64,000 bases of DNA from an uncultured Acidobacteriota bacterium (GCA_963787175.1 CAWBCA010000013.1:394008-458007), one strand, 5' to 3'. Shown: positions 21,244 to 40,145, counted from the first letter of the stretch. Made by a program: numbers and translations. Notes: generated from the sequence alone by a model not told the origin.

Positions 21244-22754
21244 ATGCGCCTGCGTTTTGCTCCCAGCCCCACCGGCCAGCTCCACGTGGGCAACGCCCGC
21301 ACGGCACTCTTCAACTGGCTTCTCGCGCGCGGCAAGGACGGCGCGCTGGTGCTGCGCATCGAGGATACGGACACCGACCGCTCCACCCGCCAGTCGGAAG
21401 CGGGCATCATCGAGGATCTGCGGTGGCTGGGCCTGCACTGGGACGAGGGGCCGGACGTCGGCGGAGGCCACGGGCCCTACCGCCAGTCGGAGCGCCTCCA
21501 CCTCTACGCCTCGTACGCCAACGAGCTCATGGCGGGTGGGCACGCCTATCACTGCTTCTGTTCGCCGACCAAGCTCGAAAACGATCGCCAGGCCGACCTG
21601 GCCGCCGGACGTCCGCCGAAGTACCGGGGCACGTGCCGGAACATGCCGCCGGACGAGTCCCGCGCGCGCGTCGACGCCGGCGAGCGGCCGGTCGTCCGGT
21701 TCAAGGTGCCCGAGCAGGTCCAGGTGTCTTTCCAGGATCTGGTGCGCGGCGAGGTCGCCTTCAGCTCCGAGGTGATTGGAGACCCGGTCCTCGTCCGCTC
21801 CGACGGCCGGCCGGCCTACAACTTCGCCGTCGTCGTCGACGATGCCCTGATGGAGATCACCCACGTGATCAGGGGGAGGACCACATCTCGAACACGCCGC
21901 GGCAGGTGCTCCTCTATCAGGCGCTCGGGTTCACCGCTCCCGCGTTCGCGCATCTGGCGCTGGTCATGGGGCCCGATCACACGCCGCTGTCGAAGCGCCA
22001 TGGCGCGACATCGGTGGCCGAGTTTCGCGCGCGCGGCTTTCTGCCGGAGGCGCTGACGAATTATCTGGCGCTGCTGGGCTGGTCGCCCGGCGGGGGGCAG
22101 GAGCTGCTGCCGCTCGACGAGCTGGCGCGTCGCTTCGCGATTGAGGACGTCGGCCACAGCGCCGGCATCTTCGACCCCGAGAAGCTGGCATGGGTGAACC
22201 GTCACTACCTGAAGGTGGCGTCGCCGGCGCGGCTGTGTGGTGAGGCGGCGAGGTACTTCGTCGCGCGCGGCTACCTGCTGCGGCGCTCGAACGAGGCGCT
22301 GGACTACCTCTCCTCGGTCCTGCCGATGGCGACGGCGTCCGTCGACCGGCTCGAAGAGATCCCGGATCGTCTGCGGTTCGTGTTCGAGTTCGACGCGGCG
22401 GCCGCCGTGGATCGTGCCGACGTGTCGGAAGTCCTTGCCGAGGCCGGAGCCCGGGACGTCATCCTGGTGCTCGCCGAAGAACTGCGCACCGCGGGCCGGC
22501 TGGATCGCGAGGGGTTTCGCGCGGCGGCGAGCCGGATCCGGCAGCGGACGGGGCAGAAGGGGCGCGCGCTGTTCCATCCGATCAGGGTTGCGCTGACCGG
22601 TGAAGCCGGCGGTCCGGAACTGGATCTCGCGGTGCCGGCGATCGACCGCGGGGCGGAGCTGCCCCCCTCGACGGGCGTGGCGCCGATTGTCGGCTGTCGT
22701 GAGCGCGCCGCCGCGGTCGCGACAATCGTGACATCGAACGCGAGCCGGGCCTGA
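21244..22754 (+). CDS. gltX: Glutamate--tRNA ligase; one frame break near 21875 (G-run one base short); alternative TTG start at 21238
   Basis: RFAPSPTGQLHVGNARTALFNW (HIGH region), then ...HVIRG / EDHISNTPRQ in the next frame, and LSKRHG (KMSKS-like). Confidence 0.93.
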
Positions 22755-23524
22755 TGCTGGTCTACGGCGTGAACCCGGTGCTCGAAGCCCTGCGCAGCGG
22801 CCGCGCGCAACGGGTGCGGGTGGGCGCGCGCGTGGACCGGCGCATCGAGCAGGCCATCGAGCTGGCGCGCGAGATCGGTGTGCCCGTCGAACGGATCGAT
22901 GCCGCGACGTTGTCCCGGACAGCGCGCGGCGCCCGGCACCAGGACATCCTGGCGGACGTGGCCGCGCCCGGGGACTACTCCATCGACGATCTGATCGCGA
23001 GCGCGGGAGGCACGGCGGCGCTGATCGTGGTGCTGGACGGCCTCGAGGACCCGCACAACGTCGGCGCCATCCTGAGGACAGCCGACGCGGCCGGTGTCCA
23101 CGGCGTCGTTCGGCAGGGGCGGCGCGCGGCGTCGCTCGACGGGATTGTCGCCAAGGCCTCCGCGGGCGCATTGACCCACGTCCGCATCGCCACCGTCGTC
23201 AACATCGCGCGCGCGATCGAGGAACTGAAGGAGGCGGGCGTGTGGACGATTGGCCTGGCCGGCGAGGCGGCCGATCGGTATGATGTGCCCGACCTGAGGC
23301 TGCCGACCGCGCTGGTGCTCGGGGCCGAGGGCACCGGGCTGCGCCGGCTCGTGCGGGAGCGCTGCGACCGGCTCGTCTCGATCCCGATGGCGGGGGCGAT
23401 AGCCAGCCTGAACGTCTCCGTGGCGGCCGGCGTGATGCTGTTCGAGGCGGGACGGCAACGCGGGTTCGCGCGTCCTAGCGGCAGGGTCCCGGGCGCGTCC
23501 GACAGGGAGGTCTCGCCGAAGTGA
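22754..23524 (+). CDS. rlmB: 23S rRNA (guanosine-2'-O)-methyltransferase RlmB (SpoU/TrmH family)
   Basis: SpoU motifs LDGLEDPHNVGAILRTA, LVLGAEGTGL and IPMAGAIASLNVSVAAGV. The ATG overlaps the gltX TGA. Confidence 0.88.
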   Translation: MLVYGVNPVLEALRSGRAQRVRVGARVDRRIEQAIELAREIGVPVERIDAATLSRTARGARHQDILADVAAPGDYSIDDLIASAGGTAALIVVLDGLEDPHNVGAILRTADAAGVHGVVRQGRRAASLDGIVAKASAGALTHVRIATVVNIARAIEELKEAGVWTIGLAGEAADRYDVPDLRLPTALVLGAEGTGLRRLVRERCDRLVSIPMAGAIASLNVSVAAGVMLFEAGRQRGFARPSGRVPGASDREVSPK

Positions 23525-23602
23525 GCGGGCCAACCCTCCTCTTTTGGCATGGGCACTTGCACTCGTGGCACGCGCCGTGCTACAAATACTCTTTTGTCTG
23601 GG

Positions 23603-23679
23603 CTGGCGTAGCTCAGTCCGGTAGAGCAGCTGATTTGTAATCAGCCGGTCGGGGGTTCAAATCCCTTCGCCAGCTCCAA
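23603..23679 (+). tRNA. tRNA-Thr (anticodon TGT)
   Basis: Acceptor GCTGGCG/CGCCAGC, anticodon arm GCTGA-TTTGTAA-TCAGC, T loop GGTTCAAATCC, encoded CCA. Confidence 0.93.
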
Positions 23680-23818
23680 CGAATTCCCTCCGGGGACTCG
23701 CGGGCGGCGCAATTCCTGACAAAGACACCGCGCTTCCAGCCGTCAGCGGCCGCCCCTTGTGTCGGCGCTGGCACGAGGGGGGCGCCGCCGGCTTGGCGGT
23801 TGGCGACTCGAGCGATGC

Positions 23819-23904
23819 GGCGAGGTAGCGAAGCGGTCAAACGCAGCAGACTGTAAATCTGTCGGCTCCGGCCTTCGGAGGTTCGAATCCTCCCCTCGCC
23901 ACCA
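23819..23904 (+). tRNA. tRNA-Tyr (anticodon GTA, long variable arm)
   Basis: Acceptor GGCGAGG/CCTCGCC, anticodon loop CTGTAAA, 14-nt variable arm, T arm GGAGG-TTCGAAT-CCTCC, CCA. Confidence 0.93.
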
Positions 23905-24088
23905 GCCTTCGCTCGCTCGCGGCGCCAGCGAGCTTCGGCTGGCACGCCAGCGGAGGCATCGCGGCAGAGAAACGGCAGAGCAGGGAACGCGGCGGCTGCG
24001 CGCCAAGACGCGGAGCGGCGAGCGGGGCAGAGGACGAGCGGCCTGCCCGCCGCCGGAGCGGCAGAGGGCGGCAGCGGGCGGCGCGTAG

Positions 24089-24163
24089 GCGGGAGTAACT
24101 CAGTGGTAGAGTCACAGCCTTCCAAGCTGTTGGTCGCGGGTTCGATCCCCGTCTCCCGCTCCA
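24089..24163 (+). tRNA. tRNA-Gly (anticodon TCC)
   Basis: Acceptor GCGGGAG/CTCCCGC, anticodon loop CTTCCAA, T loop GGTTCGATCCC, CCA. Confidence 0.93.
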
Positions 24164-24224
24164 GCTTTCGCTCGTGTGTCAACGGACGAGCTGGGGCTGG
24201 CACGCCCGTAGAGCAGGGCTGAAG

Positions 24225-24300
24225 GCCGATGTAGCTCAGTTGGCAGAGCACGTCCTTGGTAAGGACGAGGTCACCGGTTCGATCCCGGTCATCGGCTCCA
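24225..24300 (+). tRNA. tRNA-Thr (anticodon GGT)
   Basis: Acceptor GCCGATG/CATCGGC, anticodon arm CGTCC-TTGGTAA-GGACG, T loop GGTTCGATCCC, CCA. Confidence 0.93.
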
Positions 24301-24490
24301 CTTTCGCTCGGGGTGAAGGTGTGGCAGAGCCGCGACGGCGGCAGGCGGCACGCGAGAGCTTCGGGTCTCGGCGGCGGTCGACCGGGCGGGAAAGTCGGCA
24401 GTGTGGCGCGCAGGTCCGAACCTGCACGGTGTGCCAGGGGGACGGCGGTCCGAACACGAGGCAGGATAGAACACAGAGGACGTACACGAC

Positions 24491-25697
<1,207 letters not shown>

Positions 25698-25700
25698 GAA

Positions 25701-25774
25701 GGCTTTGGGCTTTAGGCTTTGGGCTTGGGGGCTTCAGGTTAGGCGGCCTCTGGAGAGCCTCGAGCCCAAAGCCC
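25701..25774. repeat. Heptamer-periodic hairpin repeat, GGCTTTG family, tuf|rpmG spacer
   Basis: GGCTTTG GGCTTTA GGCTTTG GGCTTGG GGGCTTC ... then the complementary GAGCCCAAAGCCC. Confidence 0.75.
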
Positions 25775-25788
25775 GATAAGGTCCACCA

Positions 25789-25938
25789 ATGAGAGACATC
25801 ATCACCCTGGCGTGCACCGAGTGCAAACGGCGCAATTACAGCACGACGAAGAACAAGAAGAAGACGACCGAGCGGCTCGAGCTGAGCAAGTACTGCCGGT
25901 TCTGCCGCAAGCACATCGCGCATCGGGAAACGAAATAG
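25789..25938 (+). CDS. rpmG: 50S ribosomal protein L33 (49 aa; absent from the ORF track because it is under 60 aa)
   Basis: Hand translation gives [49 protein letters not shown]. It sits in the conserved tuf-rpmG-tRNA-Trp-secE position. Confidence 0.9.
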   Translation: MRDIITLACTECKRRNYSTTKNKKKTTERLELSKYCRFCRKHIAHRETK

Positions 25939-25942
25939 TGAT

Positions 25943-26020
25943 CAGCTTCCTGCGGCCCGCTTCCAGCTGCCCGCAACGCCAGCCTGAAAGCAGGGAGCCG
26001 GGAGCAGGAAGCGGGCAGCT
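25943..26020. repeat. Heptamer-periodic hairpin repeat (GCTTCC / GGAAGC arms), rpmG|tRNA-Trp spacer
   Basis: 5' arm CAGCTTCCTGCGGCCCGCTTCCAGCTGCCCGC. 3' arm GCAGGGAGCCGGGAGCAGGAAGCGGGCAGCT. About 22 of 31 positions can pair. Confidence 0.8.
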
Positions 26021-26027
26021 CAGGTTT

Positions 26028-26103
26028 AGGCCAGTAGCTCAATTGGCAGAGCACCGGTCTCCAAAACCGGGGGTTGGGGGTTCGATTCCCTCCTGGCCTG
26101 CCA
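26028..26103 (+). tRNA. tRNA-Trp (anticodon CCA)
   Basis: Acceptor AGGCCAG/CTGGCCT, anticodon arm CCGGT-CTCCAAA-ACCGG, T loop GGTTCGATTCC, CCA. Confidence 0.93.
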
Positions 26104-26166
26104 GCGCCGACGGCACGCACTCGGATCCGGCGAACCGTACAACCGGGCGCCCGGCAAGGATGAGCA

Positions 26167-26436
26167 ATGAAGACGGCTATGGCGGAGCACGATGACTCAC
26201 TCGGCGGCCGTGCCCGGGACAGCGTCACCGGCTGGTGGGGCCGATCGCGGCGGTTTCTCTCGGAAGTCCGCAACGAGATGGGCCGGGTCACGTGGCCCAG
26301 CCGCAAAGAAGTCTACGCCACCACGTTCGTCGTGATTCTGACGTCGATCTTCTTCGGCGTGTACCTCAGCGTGGTCGATCTCCTGCTGAACAGCGGAATC
26401 AGCTGGATCTACCGGACATTCGGAGCCGCGTCATAG
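26167..26436 (+). CDS. secE: Preprotein translocase subunit SecE
   Basis: [42 protein letters not shown], with a single C-terminal TM. Conserved position before nusG. Confidence 0.9.
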   Translation: MKTAMAEHDDSLGGRARDSVTGWWGRSRRFLSEVRNEMGRVTWPSRKEVYATTFVVILTSIFFGVYLSVVDLLLNSGISWIYRTFGAAS

Positions 26437-26438
26437 AG

Positions 26439-26990
26439 ATGCCGAGCATGACGGACGATCGCACGAAGCAGTGGTACATCGTCCACACGTACTCCGGCTT
26501 CGAGAACAAGGTGAAGGAATCGCTGGAGCAGCGCGTCCAGGCCTACGGCCTGCAGGAGGCGATCGGCGACATTCTCATTCCGACCGAGCAGGTCGCCGAG
26601 ATGCGCGGCGGCAAGAAGGTCGTGAGCTCGAAGCGGTTCTTCCCCGGCTACATCCTGGTCGAGATGCAGATGACCGACCACGCGTGGCACGTGGTGAAGA
26701 ACACGCCCAAGGTCACCGGCTTCGTCGGCGCGGGCGCGAAACCGACGCCGCTGTCGCGCGAGGAAGTCGATCAGATCCTGAACCAGGTGACCGAGGCGGC
26801 GGAGAAGCCGAAGCCGAAATACTCCTTCGAGAAGGGGGACCAGGTCCGGATCAACGAGGGCCCGTTCACCAGCTTCAACGGCACCGTGGACGAGGTGAAC
26901 CTGGATCGCAACACGCTCAAGGTGATGGTGACCATTTTCGGCCGCGCTACGCCGGTCGAGCTGGATTTTCTGCAGGTTGAAAAATTGTAG
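26439..26990 (+). CDS. nusG: Transcription termination/antitermination factor NusG
   Basis: [16 protein letters not shown] (NGN domain) and [21 protein letters not shown] (KOW domain). Confidence 0.93.
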   Translation: MPSMTDDRTKQWYIVHTYSGFENKVKESLEQRVQAYGLQEAIGDILIPTEQVAEMRGGKKVVSSKRFFPGYILVEMQMTDHAWHVVKNTPKVTGFVGAGAKPTPLSREEVDQILNQVTEAAEKPKPKYSFEKGDQVRINEGPFTSFNGTVDEVNLDRNTLKVMVTIFGRATPVELDFLQVEKL

Positions 26991-27137
26991 CTAACCAGCT
27001 TCCCGCTCCCAGTTCCCCCGCCGCCTAGTACGGAGGTCCGGCATTCGAGCTGTGAACGATCACGCAGGAAGTGGTGCTGAACAGCTGCACCGGGAAGCAG
27101 CGGGTCATCGGGCAGCGGGTAGCAGGTAGCGGGAAGC
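26989..27137. repeat. Heptamer-periodic hairpin repeat (GCTTCC / GGAAGC arms), nusG|rplK spacer
   Basis: 5' arm AGCTAACCAGCTTCCCGCTCCCAGTTCCCCCGCC starts on the nusG TAG. 3' arm GGGAAGC...GGGCAGC GGGTAGC AGGTAGC GGGAAGC ends 7 nt before the rplK ATG. Confidence 0.8.
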
Positions 27138-27143
27138 AATGGC

Positions 27144-27569
27144 ATGGCGAAAAAAGTAACCGCACAGGTGAAGCTCCAGATCTCCGCGGGGAAGGCAACC
27201 CCCGCGCCGCCGGTCGGGACCGCGCTCGGTCCACACGGCCTGAACATCATGGACTTCTGCAAGAACTTCAACGCGAAGACGTCCAAGGACGAGGGGCTGA
27301 TCATCCCCGTGGTGGTCACCGTGTACGCCGACCGGTCCTACACGTTCATCACGAAGACGCCGCCGGCGGCCATCCTGCTGAAGCGCGCCGCGAACCTGGC
27401 GAAGGGTTCCAACGAGCCGAACAAGAACAAGGTCGGCACCGTGACGAAGAAGCAGGTCGAGGACATCGCGAAGCTGAAGATGCCCGACCTGAATTGCGAA
27501 TCGCCCGAGGCGGCGTACAAGACCGTCGCAGGAACGGCCCGTTCGATGGGCATCGACGTCGTAGGGTAG
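27144..27569 (+). CDS. rplK: 50S ribosomal protein L11
   Basis: [43 protein letters not shown]. Confidence 0.95.
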   Translation: MAKKVTAQVKLQISAGKATPAPPVGTALGPHGLNIMDFCKNFNAKTSKDEGLIIPVVVTVYADRSYTFITKTPPAAILLKRAANLAKGSNEPNKNKVGTVTKKQVEDIAKLKMPDLNCESPEAAYKTVAGTARSMGIDVVG

Positions 27570-27660
27570 CTTCCGCTTCCGGCTCCCCGCTTCCCGGAAG
27601 GGATGGGGCGCTGGCGCGGGAACGTCGAAACTGGAAGCTGGCAGCGGGAAGCTGGCAGCG
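27568..27660. repeat. Heptamer-periodic hairpin repeat (GCTTCC / GGAAGC arms), rplK|rplA spacer
   Basis: AGCTTCC GCTTCCG GCTCCCC GCTTCCC ... CTGGAAG CTGGCAG CGGGAAG CTGGCAG. The 22-nt GCTTCCGGCTCCCCGCTTCCCG (27575-27596) is identical to 33985-34006. Confidence 0.85.
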
Positions 27661-27708
27661 ATGTTGTGGGAGGCCGTGGTTGCGGCCGTTTGCACCACCG
27701 GAGCACGC

Positions 27709-28413
27709 ATGCGAAAGCCCGGCAAGAAGTTCGCTGCCGCCAGGCAGCTCGTCCCCGAGCACCCCCATTCGATCGAGGCGGCCGTGCCGCTGATGCAGAA
27801 GGTGAAGTTCGCCAAGTTCGACGAGACGGTCGAGCTGGCGCTGCGCCTGGGCGTCGATCCCAAGCACGCCGACCAGATGGTGCGCGGCACCGTCGTGCTG
27901 CCGCACGGCCTCGGCAGGAGCAAGCGCGTGCTCGCCATTGCCGCCGGCGACAAGCAGAAGGAAGCGCAGGAAGCGGGCGCGGACGTCGTCGGGGGCGAGG
28001 AGATTGTCGAGAAGATCCAGGGCGGGTGGATGGAGTTCGACGCCGTCGTGGCCACGCCCGACATGATGCGCGCCGTCGGCAAGCTCGGCAAGGTGCTCGG
28101 CCCCCGTGGACTGATGCCCAACCCGAAAACCGGCACCGTCACCGTCGACATCGCGAAGGCGGTCAGGGAGATCAAGGCGGGCAAGGTGGAGTTCCGCGTC
28201 GACAAGACCGGCATCGTCCACGCGCCGATTGGCAAGGTGTCGTTCGAGGCGCAGAACCTCGTAGAGAACGCCCACGCGCTGGTGGACAGCGTGGTGAAGG
28301 CGAAGCCGTCGGCGGCGAAGGGCAAGTTCCTGCGCAGCGTCACGATGTCCTCGACGATGGGCCCCGGCATCCTGATCGACACCACACACGTGACCGAGGT
28401 CCAGAAGCATTAG
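27709..28413 (+). CDS. rplA: 50S ribosomal protein L1
   Basis: [15 protein letters not shown]...[31 protein letters not shown]. Internal ATG with a GGAG upstream. Confidence 0.93.
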   Translation: MRKPGKKFAAARQLVPEHPHSIEAAVPLMQKVKFAKFDETVELALRLGVDPKHADQMVRGTVVLPHGLGRSKRVLAIAAGDKQKEAQEAGADVVGGEEIVEKIQGGWMEFDAVVATPDMMRAVGKLGKVLGPRGLMPNPKTGTVTVDIAKAVREIKAGKVEFRVDKTGIVHAPIGKVSFEAQNLVENAHALVDSVVKAKPSAAKGKFLRSVTMSSTMGPGILIDTTHVTEVQKH

Positions 28414-28415
28414 TC

Positions 28416-28961
28416 ATGGCAGTCACACGAGCGAGCAAGGAAGAAGAGCTGCAGGCGCTCGAGCGGGCCTTCCAGGGAACCGAGAGCGCCGTGATCGTCG
28501 ATTTCAAAGGGCTGAAAGTGCCCGAGGTGACCGAGCTGCGCCGTCAGGTCCGCGGGGCCAGGGGACAGTACAAGGTCGTCAAGAACACGCTCGCGAAGCG
28601 TGCGCTCGGCGGCACGCCGTTCGCGGTGCTGAGCGAGTTCTTCGTCGGCACCACGGCCGTGGCGTATGCCGGCGAGGATCCGGTGGCGCTCGCGAAGGTG
28701 CTCACGACGTTCGCGAAGACCGCGCCGGCGCTGAAGATCAAGGCGGCGGTCGTGCAGGGGCGGGCCCTCAAGGCCGGCGAGGTCACCGAGCTGGCCACGT
28801 TGCCGGGCAAGCCGGAGCTCTACGCCAAGCTGCTCTTCCTCCTGCAGTCGCCGATGATCCAGCTGGTGAGCGTGCTGAACGCCGCGCCGCGCGATCTGCT
28901 GAGCGTGCTGGTGCAGGCGGAAAAGCAGCGATCGGAGTCAGCGGAATCATCGGAATCATGA
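28416..28961 (+). CDS. rplJ: 50S ribosomal protein L10 (starts 2 nt after rplA, so there is no room for a leader)
   Basis: MAVTRASKEEELQALERAFQGTESAVIVDFKGLKVPEVTELRRQVR... Confidence 0.92.
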   Translation: MAVTRASKEEELQALERAFQGTESAVIVDFKGLKVPEVTELRRQVRGARGQYKVVKNTLAKRALGGTPFAVLSEFFVGTTAVAYAGEDPVALAKVLTTFAKTAPALKIKAAVVQGRALKAGEVTELATLPGKPELYAKLLFLLQSPMIQLVSVLNAAPRDLLSVLVQAEKQRSESAESSES

Positions 28962-28967
28962 GGAACG

Positions 28968-29084
28968 CTCCCAGCTTCCCGCGTCCAGCTTCCCGCTGGA
29001 GGCTGGCGGCTGATAGCGGGAAGTTGCTGCTCGTATCCGGGCAGCTGATATGGGCTGGAAGCTGGCAGCTGGAAGCTGGAAGCG
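28968..29084. repeat. Heptamer-periodic hairpin repeat (GCTTCC / GGAAGC arms), rplJ|rplL spacer
   Basis: CTCCCAGCTTCCCGCGTCCAGCTTCCCGCTGG ... GGGCTGGAAG CTGGCAG CTGGAAG CTGGAAG CG, with CTGATAGC/CTGATATG in the spacer. Confidence 0.85.
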
Positions 29085-29103
29085 TCATCGTCAGGAGAGA
29101 GAA

Positions 29104-29493
29104 ATGGCCGAATTGTCGCAGCAGCAGGTAGTGGACTACATCAAGGGAATCTCGGTGCTCGAGCTGTCGCAGCTCGTGAAGGAGCTCGAGAAGGAGCTCG
29201 GCGTGTCGGCAGCGTCGGCCATGCCGATGGCAGCGGCGGGCGGCGCCGGCGGCGGTGCCGCGGCGGCGCCCGTCGAGGAGCAGACCGAGTTCACCGCAAC
29301 GCTGACGGAAGTGGGCGCCAACAAGATCAACGTCATCAAGGTCGTGCGTGAAGTCACCAGCCTGGGGCTGAAGGAAGCGAAGGACCTGGTCGAGAGCGCG
29401 CCCAAGCCGATCAAGGAAGGGATCCCCAAGGACGAGGCGGCGGCGATCAAGAAGAAGTTCGAGGACGTCGGCGCGAAGGTTGAAGTCAAGTAG
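29104..29493 (+). CDS. rplL: 50S ribosomal protein L7/L12
   Basis: Ala/Gly hinge and the C-terminal domain [56 protein letters not shown]. Confidence 0.95.
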   Translation: MAELSQQQVVDYIKGISVLELSQLVKELEKELGVSAASAMPMAAAGGAGGGAAAAPVEEQTEFTATLTEVGANKINVIKVVREVTSLGLKEAKDLVESAPKPIKEGIPKDEAAAIKKKFEDVGAKVEVK

Positions 29494-29604
29494 GACACGC
29501 GGAGCGCCGCGTGGTCACGGCGGTTGGTTGCCGGCGGCGGCGTCCAGGCATTCAGGTCAGGGCGCGCCGCCGGTGCCCTTCGGGTTAGTCCCTTGGATTG
29601 CGAT

Positions 29605-29637
29605 CGAGCGCCGTGCCCCGAGCGCCGAGCGCCGAGG
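29605..29637. repeat. CGAGCGC heptamer array immediately upstream of rpoB; inverted partner of 38314-38337
   Basis: CGAGCGC CGTGCCC CGAGCGC CGAGCGC CGAGG. It ends 11 nt before ATG 29649 and includes the likely GAGG Shine-Dalgarno. Confidence 0.85.
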
Positions 29638-29648
29638 TTTTCACCAGC

Positions 29649-33970
<4,322 letters not shown>

Positions 33971-33976
33971 AGAGAG

Positions 33977-34062
33977 AGCTTCCGGCTTCCGGCTCCCCGC
34001 TTCCCGCCGCACCCGGCGCCGAAGCAGCGGGCTGGAAGCGGGCAGCTGGTAGCAGGTAGCGG
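33977..34062. repeat. Heptamer-periodic hairpin repeat (GCTTCC / GGAAGC arms), rpoB|rpoC spacer
   Basis: AGCTTCCGGCTTCCGGCTCCCCGCTTCCCGCC ... TGGAAGC GGGCAGC TGGTAGC AGGTAGC GG. Confidence 0.85.
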
Positions 34063-34077
34063 ACACCGAAGGAAACA

Positions 34078-38309
<4,232 letters not shown>

Positions 38310-38313
38310 CAAC

Positions 38314-38337
38314 GGGGCTCGGCGCTCGGCGCTCGGA
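38314..38337. repeat. GCTCGGC heptamer array 4 nt after the rpoC stop; inverted partner of 29605-29637 and direct copy of 60039-60062
   Basis: GGGGCTCGGCGCTCGGCGCTCGGA. Positions 38318-38336 are the exact reverse complement of 29618-29636. Confidence 0.85.
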
Positions 38338-38428
38338 CACTGATGCGCCGGGTCTTCCGCCTTCGCCCAGGCTTCGGCGGACCGCCGTAGCTTCAGCGGA
38401 GGCTGGTCAGACCCGGCGGACTCGAACA

Positions 38429-38463
38429 GGCGGCTGTTCCTCGAAGGAGCAGCCGCCTTTTTT
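38429..38463 (+). terminator. Rho-independent terminator of the rpoBC transcription unit
   Basis: 12-bp stem GGCGGCTGTTCC / GGAGCAGCCGCC (one G-U pair), loop TCGAA, followed by TTTTTT. Confidence 0.85.
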
Positions 38464-38510
38464 CTCCCCATCCTACCTCGTCCGTCCCGCGATGCCGGCT
38501 GCAGCCAGGC

Positions 38511-38948
38511 TCAGTCGGCATAGAGGGTCGCGATGATGAAAAACACCGCAAGGGCCGCACCCGCCCCCGCGGCCGCACCGATGCCGATCGCCTTGGCGAC
38601 GTTCGGGCCGGCCGGCGAGTACGGCTCCACGCTCAGGACCTCGCTCATCGGGACTTCCACGGCCGGTTCCGGCACGCGTGTTCGAGGCTGAACGATCAGG
38701 CTCTGTTCCGTAGCCTTCAGCAGGGTGCCGCGCAGCGCCGGTCCCGCGGTGCGCTCGACGCGGACGGAGGCGCCCGGCGGCAGCTTCTGGACGTATTCGG
38801 CCAGGATGGCCCGATCGGCGGCAACGTCCCGGGTGGGCCGCACCTGCCCGCTCGCAAACGCCGCGCTCGTGGCGCACCCCTGTGCTGCGAGCGCCGAACA
38901 CAGCAACCCCACCATCAGTCCCCGGGCCGCTCTTCGCTGCTTCACCAT
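38511..38948 (-). CDS. Hypothetical lipoprotein with a C-terminal glycine-zipper TM segment
   Basis: Signal peptide plus lipobox LAAQGC. C-terminus AKAIGIGAAAGAGAALAVFFIIATL. Confidence 0.55.
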   Translation of the reverse strand: MVKQRRAARGLMVGLLCSALAAQGCATSAAFASGQVRPTRDVAADRAILAEYVQKLPPGASVRVERTAGPALRGTLLKATEQSLIVQPRTRVPEPAVEVPMSEVLSVEPYSPAGPNVAKAIGIGAAAGAGAALAVFFIIATLYAD

Positions 38949-38960
38949 GATCCGTTCCCT

Positions 38961-39629
38961 TCAGAAATCGACCCCAAACCCGAAGCGGACGATGACGTCG
39001 TCGAGGCGTTGCCCGAACGATGTCCGCAGGTCGCTGCGGAAGAACGCGCGCTGCGCCATGTAGGCCTTGAACCCCGTCGCGACATAGGGCCGGACGATGA
39101 TGTCCGTGCGCGGGCCCTCCGTCCGCAGCGGCTCGACCAGCCGGCTCGTGCGTGTGGCCTCGTCGTACGCGAAGACGGGGCCGACGCGGTCCGTGACGCG
39201 CTGCCACGCCACGTTGGCGCCCGCTGCCACGTATGGGTGGAACCATGCGTTCCGGTAGAACTGGTGGTGCTGGCCGATGCCCAGCGTGCGGCGCGTCAGC
39301 GAGGACTCGATGAACGCAGACGACGTCCGTCCGCCGATCACGACGGGCTGCGTCGCATAGCCGGTGGCCGTCGCGCTCGCGCCGAAGTCGATCTCCGTCT
39401 TGCTTCGATCGGTCCAGTACCAGCCCGCTGACGCTGTCCCCAGCAGGCTGCTCGCCCAGTCCCGCCCTCCTGTCGCATACTCTGCGCCCCAGTTCACCGA
39501 GAGCCAGCCGATCGAGGCTGCGACATCGGCCTGCATGACCGGCCCCGACTGGGCCCGGGCGGTTCCCGGGGCGCCGAGCAGGATGGCTGCGAGGATTGCG
39601 TGGCAGGCGGCGGTGCGGTAAGTGTCCAC
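38961..39629 (-). CDS. Outer-membrane beta-barrel protein (small porin/OmpW-like class), family not recognised
   Basis: Signal peptide ending ARAQS, alternating aromatic/hydrophilic strands, C-terminal ...RFGFGVDF. Confidence 0.55.
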   Translation of the reverse strand: MDTYRTAACHAILAAILLGAPGTARAQSGPVMQADVAASIGWLSVNWGAEYATGGRDWASSLLGTASAGWYWTDRSKTEIDFGASATATGYATQPVVIGGRTSSAFIESSLTRRTLGIGQHHQFYRNAWFHPYVAAGANVAWQRVTDRVGPVFAYDEATRTSRLVEPLRTEGPRTDIIVRPYVATGFKAYMAQRAFFRSDLRTSFGQRLDDVIVRFGFGVDF

Positions 39630-39869
39630 GCCAGGGAAGGCGCAGTCGGCCGGGAAAGGGGCTCAGCCCGCAGCACAACGCGCCGCCCTGGGATCCCGTC
39701 TGGAGAGTGGGTCGGCCGCCTCGGCCTGACGATGTTCGATGCAACCGGGGGCGGTACAATAGTCGGTGGGTGTGGCCGTGAGGAGCACGACAAGCTGACC
39801 GGGACGGTGGAGCTGAAACCGGCCCACGCCGAAAGGCCAGCCCGCAGGGAAGGGAGGCAGACCGTAGTC

Positions 39870-40145
39870 ATGTGCCGGAACATCAAGACCCTCGCCAACT
39901 TCGCGCCGCCCGCGACCGACGATGAAATCCGCGCATCGGCGCTGCAGTTCGTCCGCAAGCTGAGCGGCGTGAGCCGTCCGTCACGCGCGAACGAGGAGGC
40001 TTTCGATCGCGCGGTCGATGAAGTCACGGCTGCGGCGCGCCGGCTGATCGGCTCGCTGAAGACCAGTGCGCCGCCGCGCAATCGCGAGGAAGAGGCCCGC
40101 AAGGCGCAGGAACGATCCCGCGAGCGATTCGCGACGGCGACCTAG
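39870..40145 (+). CDS. DUF2277 family protein
   Basis: MCRNIKTLANFAPPATDDEIRASALQFVRKLSGVSRPSRANEEAFDRAVDEV matches the DUF2277 N-terminal signature as I remember it. GGGAGG Shine-Dalgarno upstream. Confidence 0.7.
   Translation: MCRNIKTLANFAPPATDDEIRASALQFVRKLSGVSRPSRANEEAFDRAVDEVTAAARRLIGSLKTSAPPRNREEEARKAQERSRERFATAT

Noticed and set aside
23566-23581. Sigma54-like TGGCACG-CGCC-GTGCT upstream of the tRNA-Thr/Tyr/Gly/Thr-tuf cluster
   Set aside because: The -12 element is GTGC, not TTGC. TGGCACGCC also recurs in the tRNA trailers (23940, 24198) without any -12 partner, so it seems to be part of a local repeat. A sigma54 promoter for a tRNA/tuf operon would be biologically odd. A weak sigma70-like TTGCAC-N18/19-TACAAA overlaps it (23557-23587), but the spacing is poor, so I did not list either as a feature.
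39755-39760. TACAAT -10-like box in the OMP/DUF2277 divergent spacer
   Set aside because: It matches only 5 of 6 positions, with no acceptable -35 at 16-18 nt and no TG extension. It would imply a 100-nt leader. It is too weak to report as a feature.
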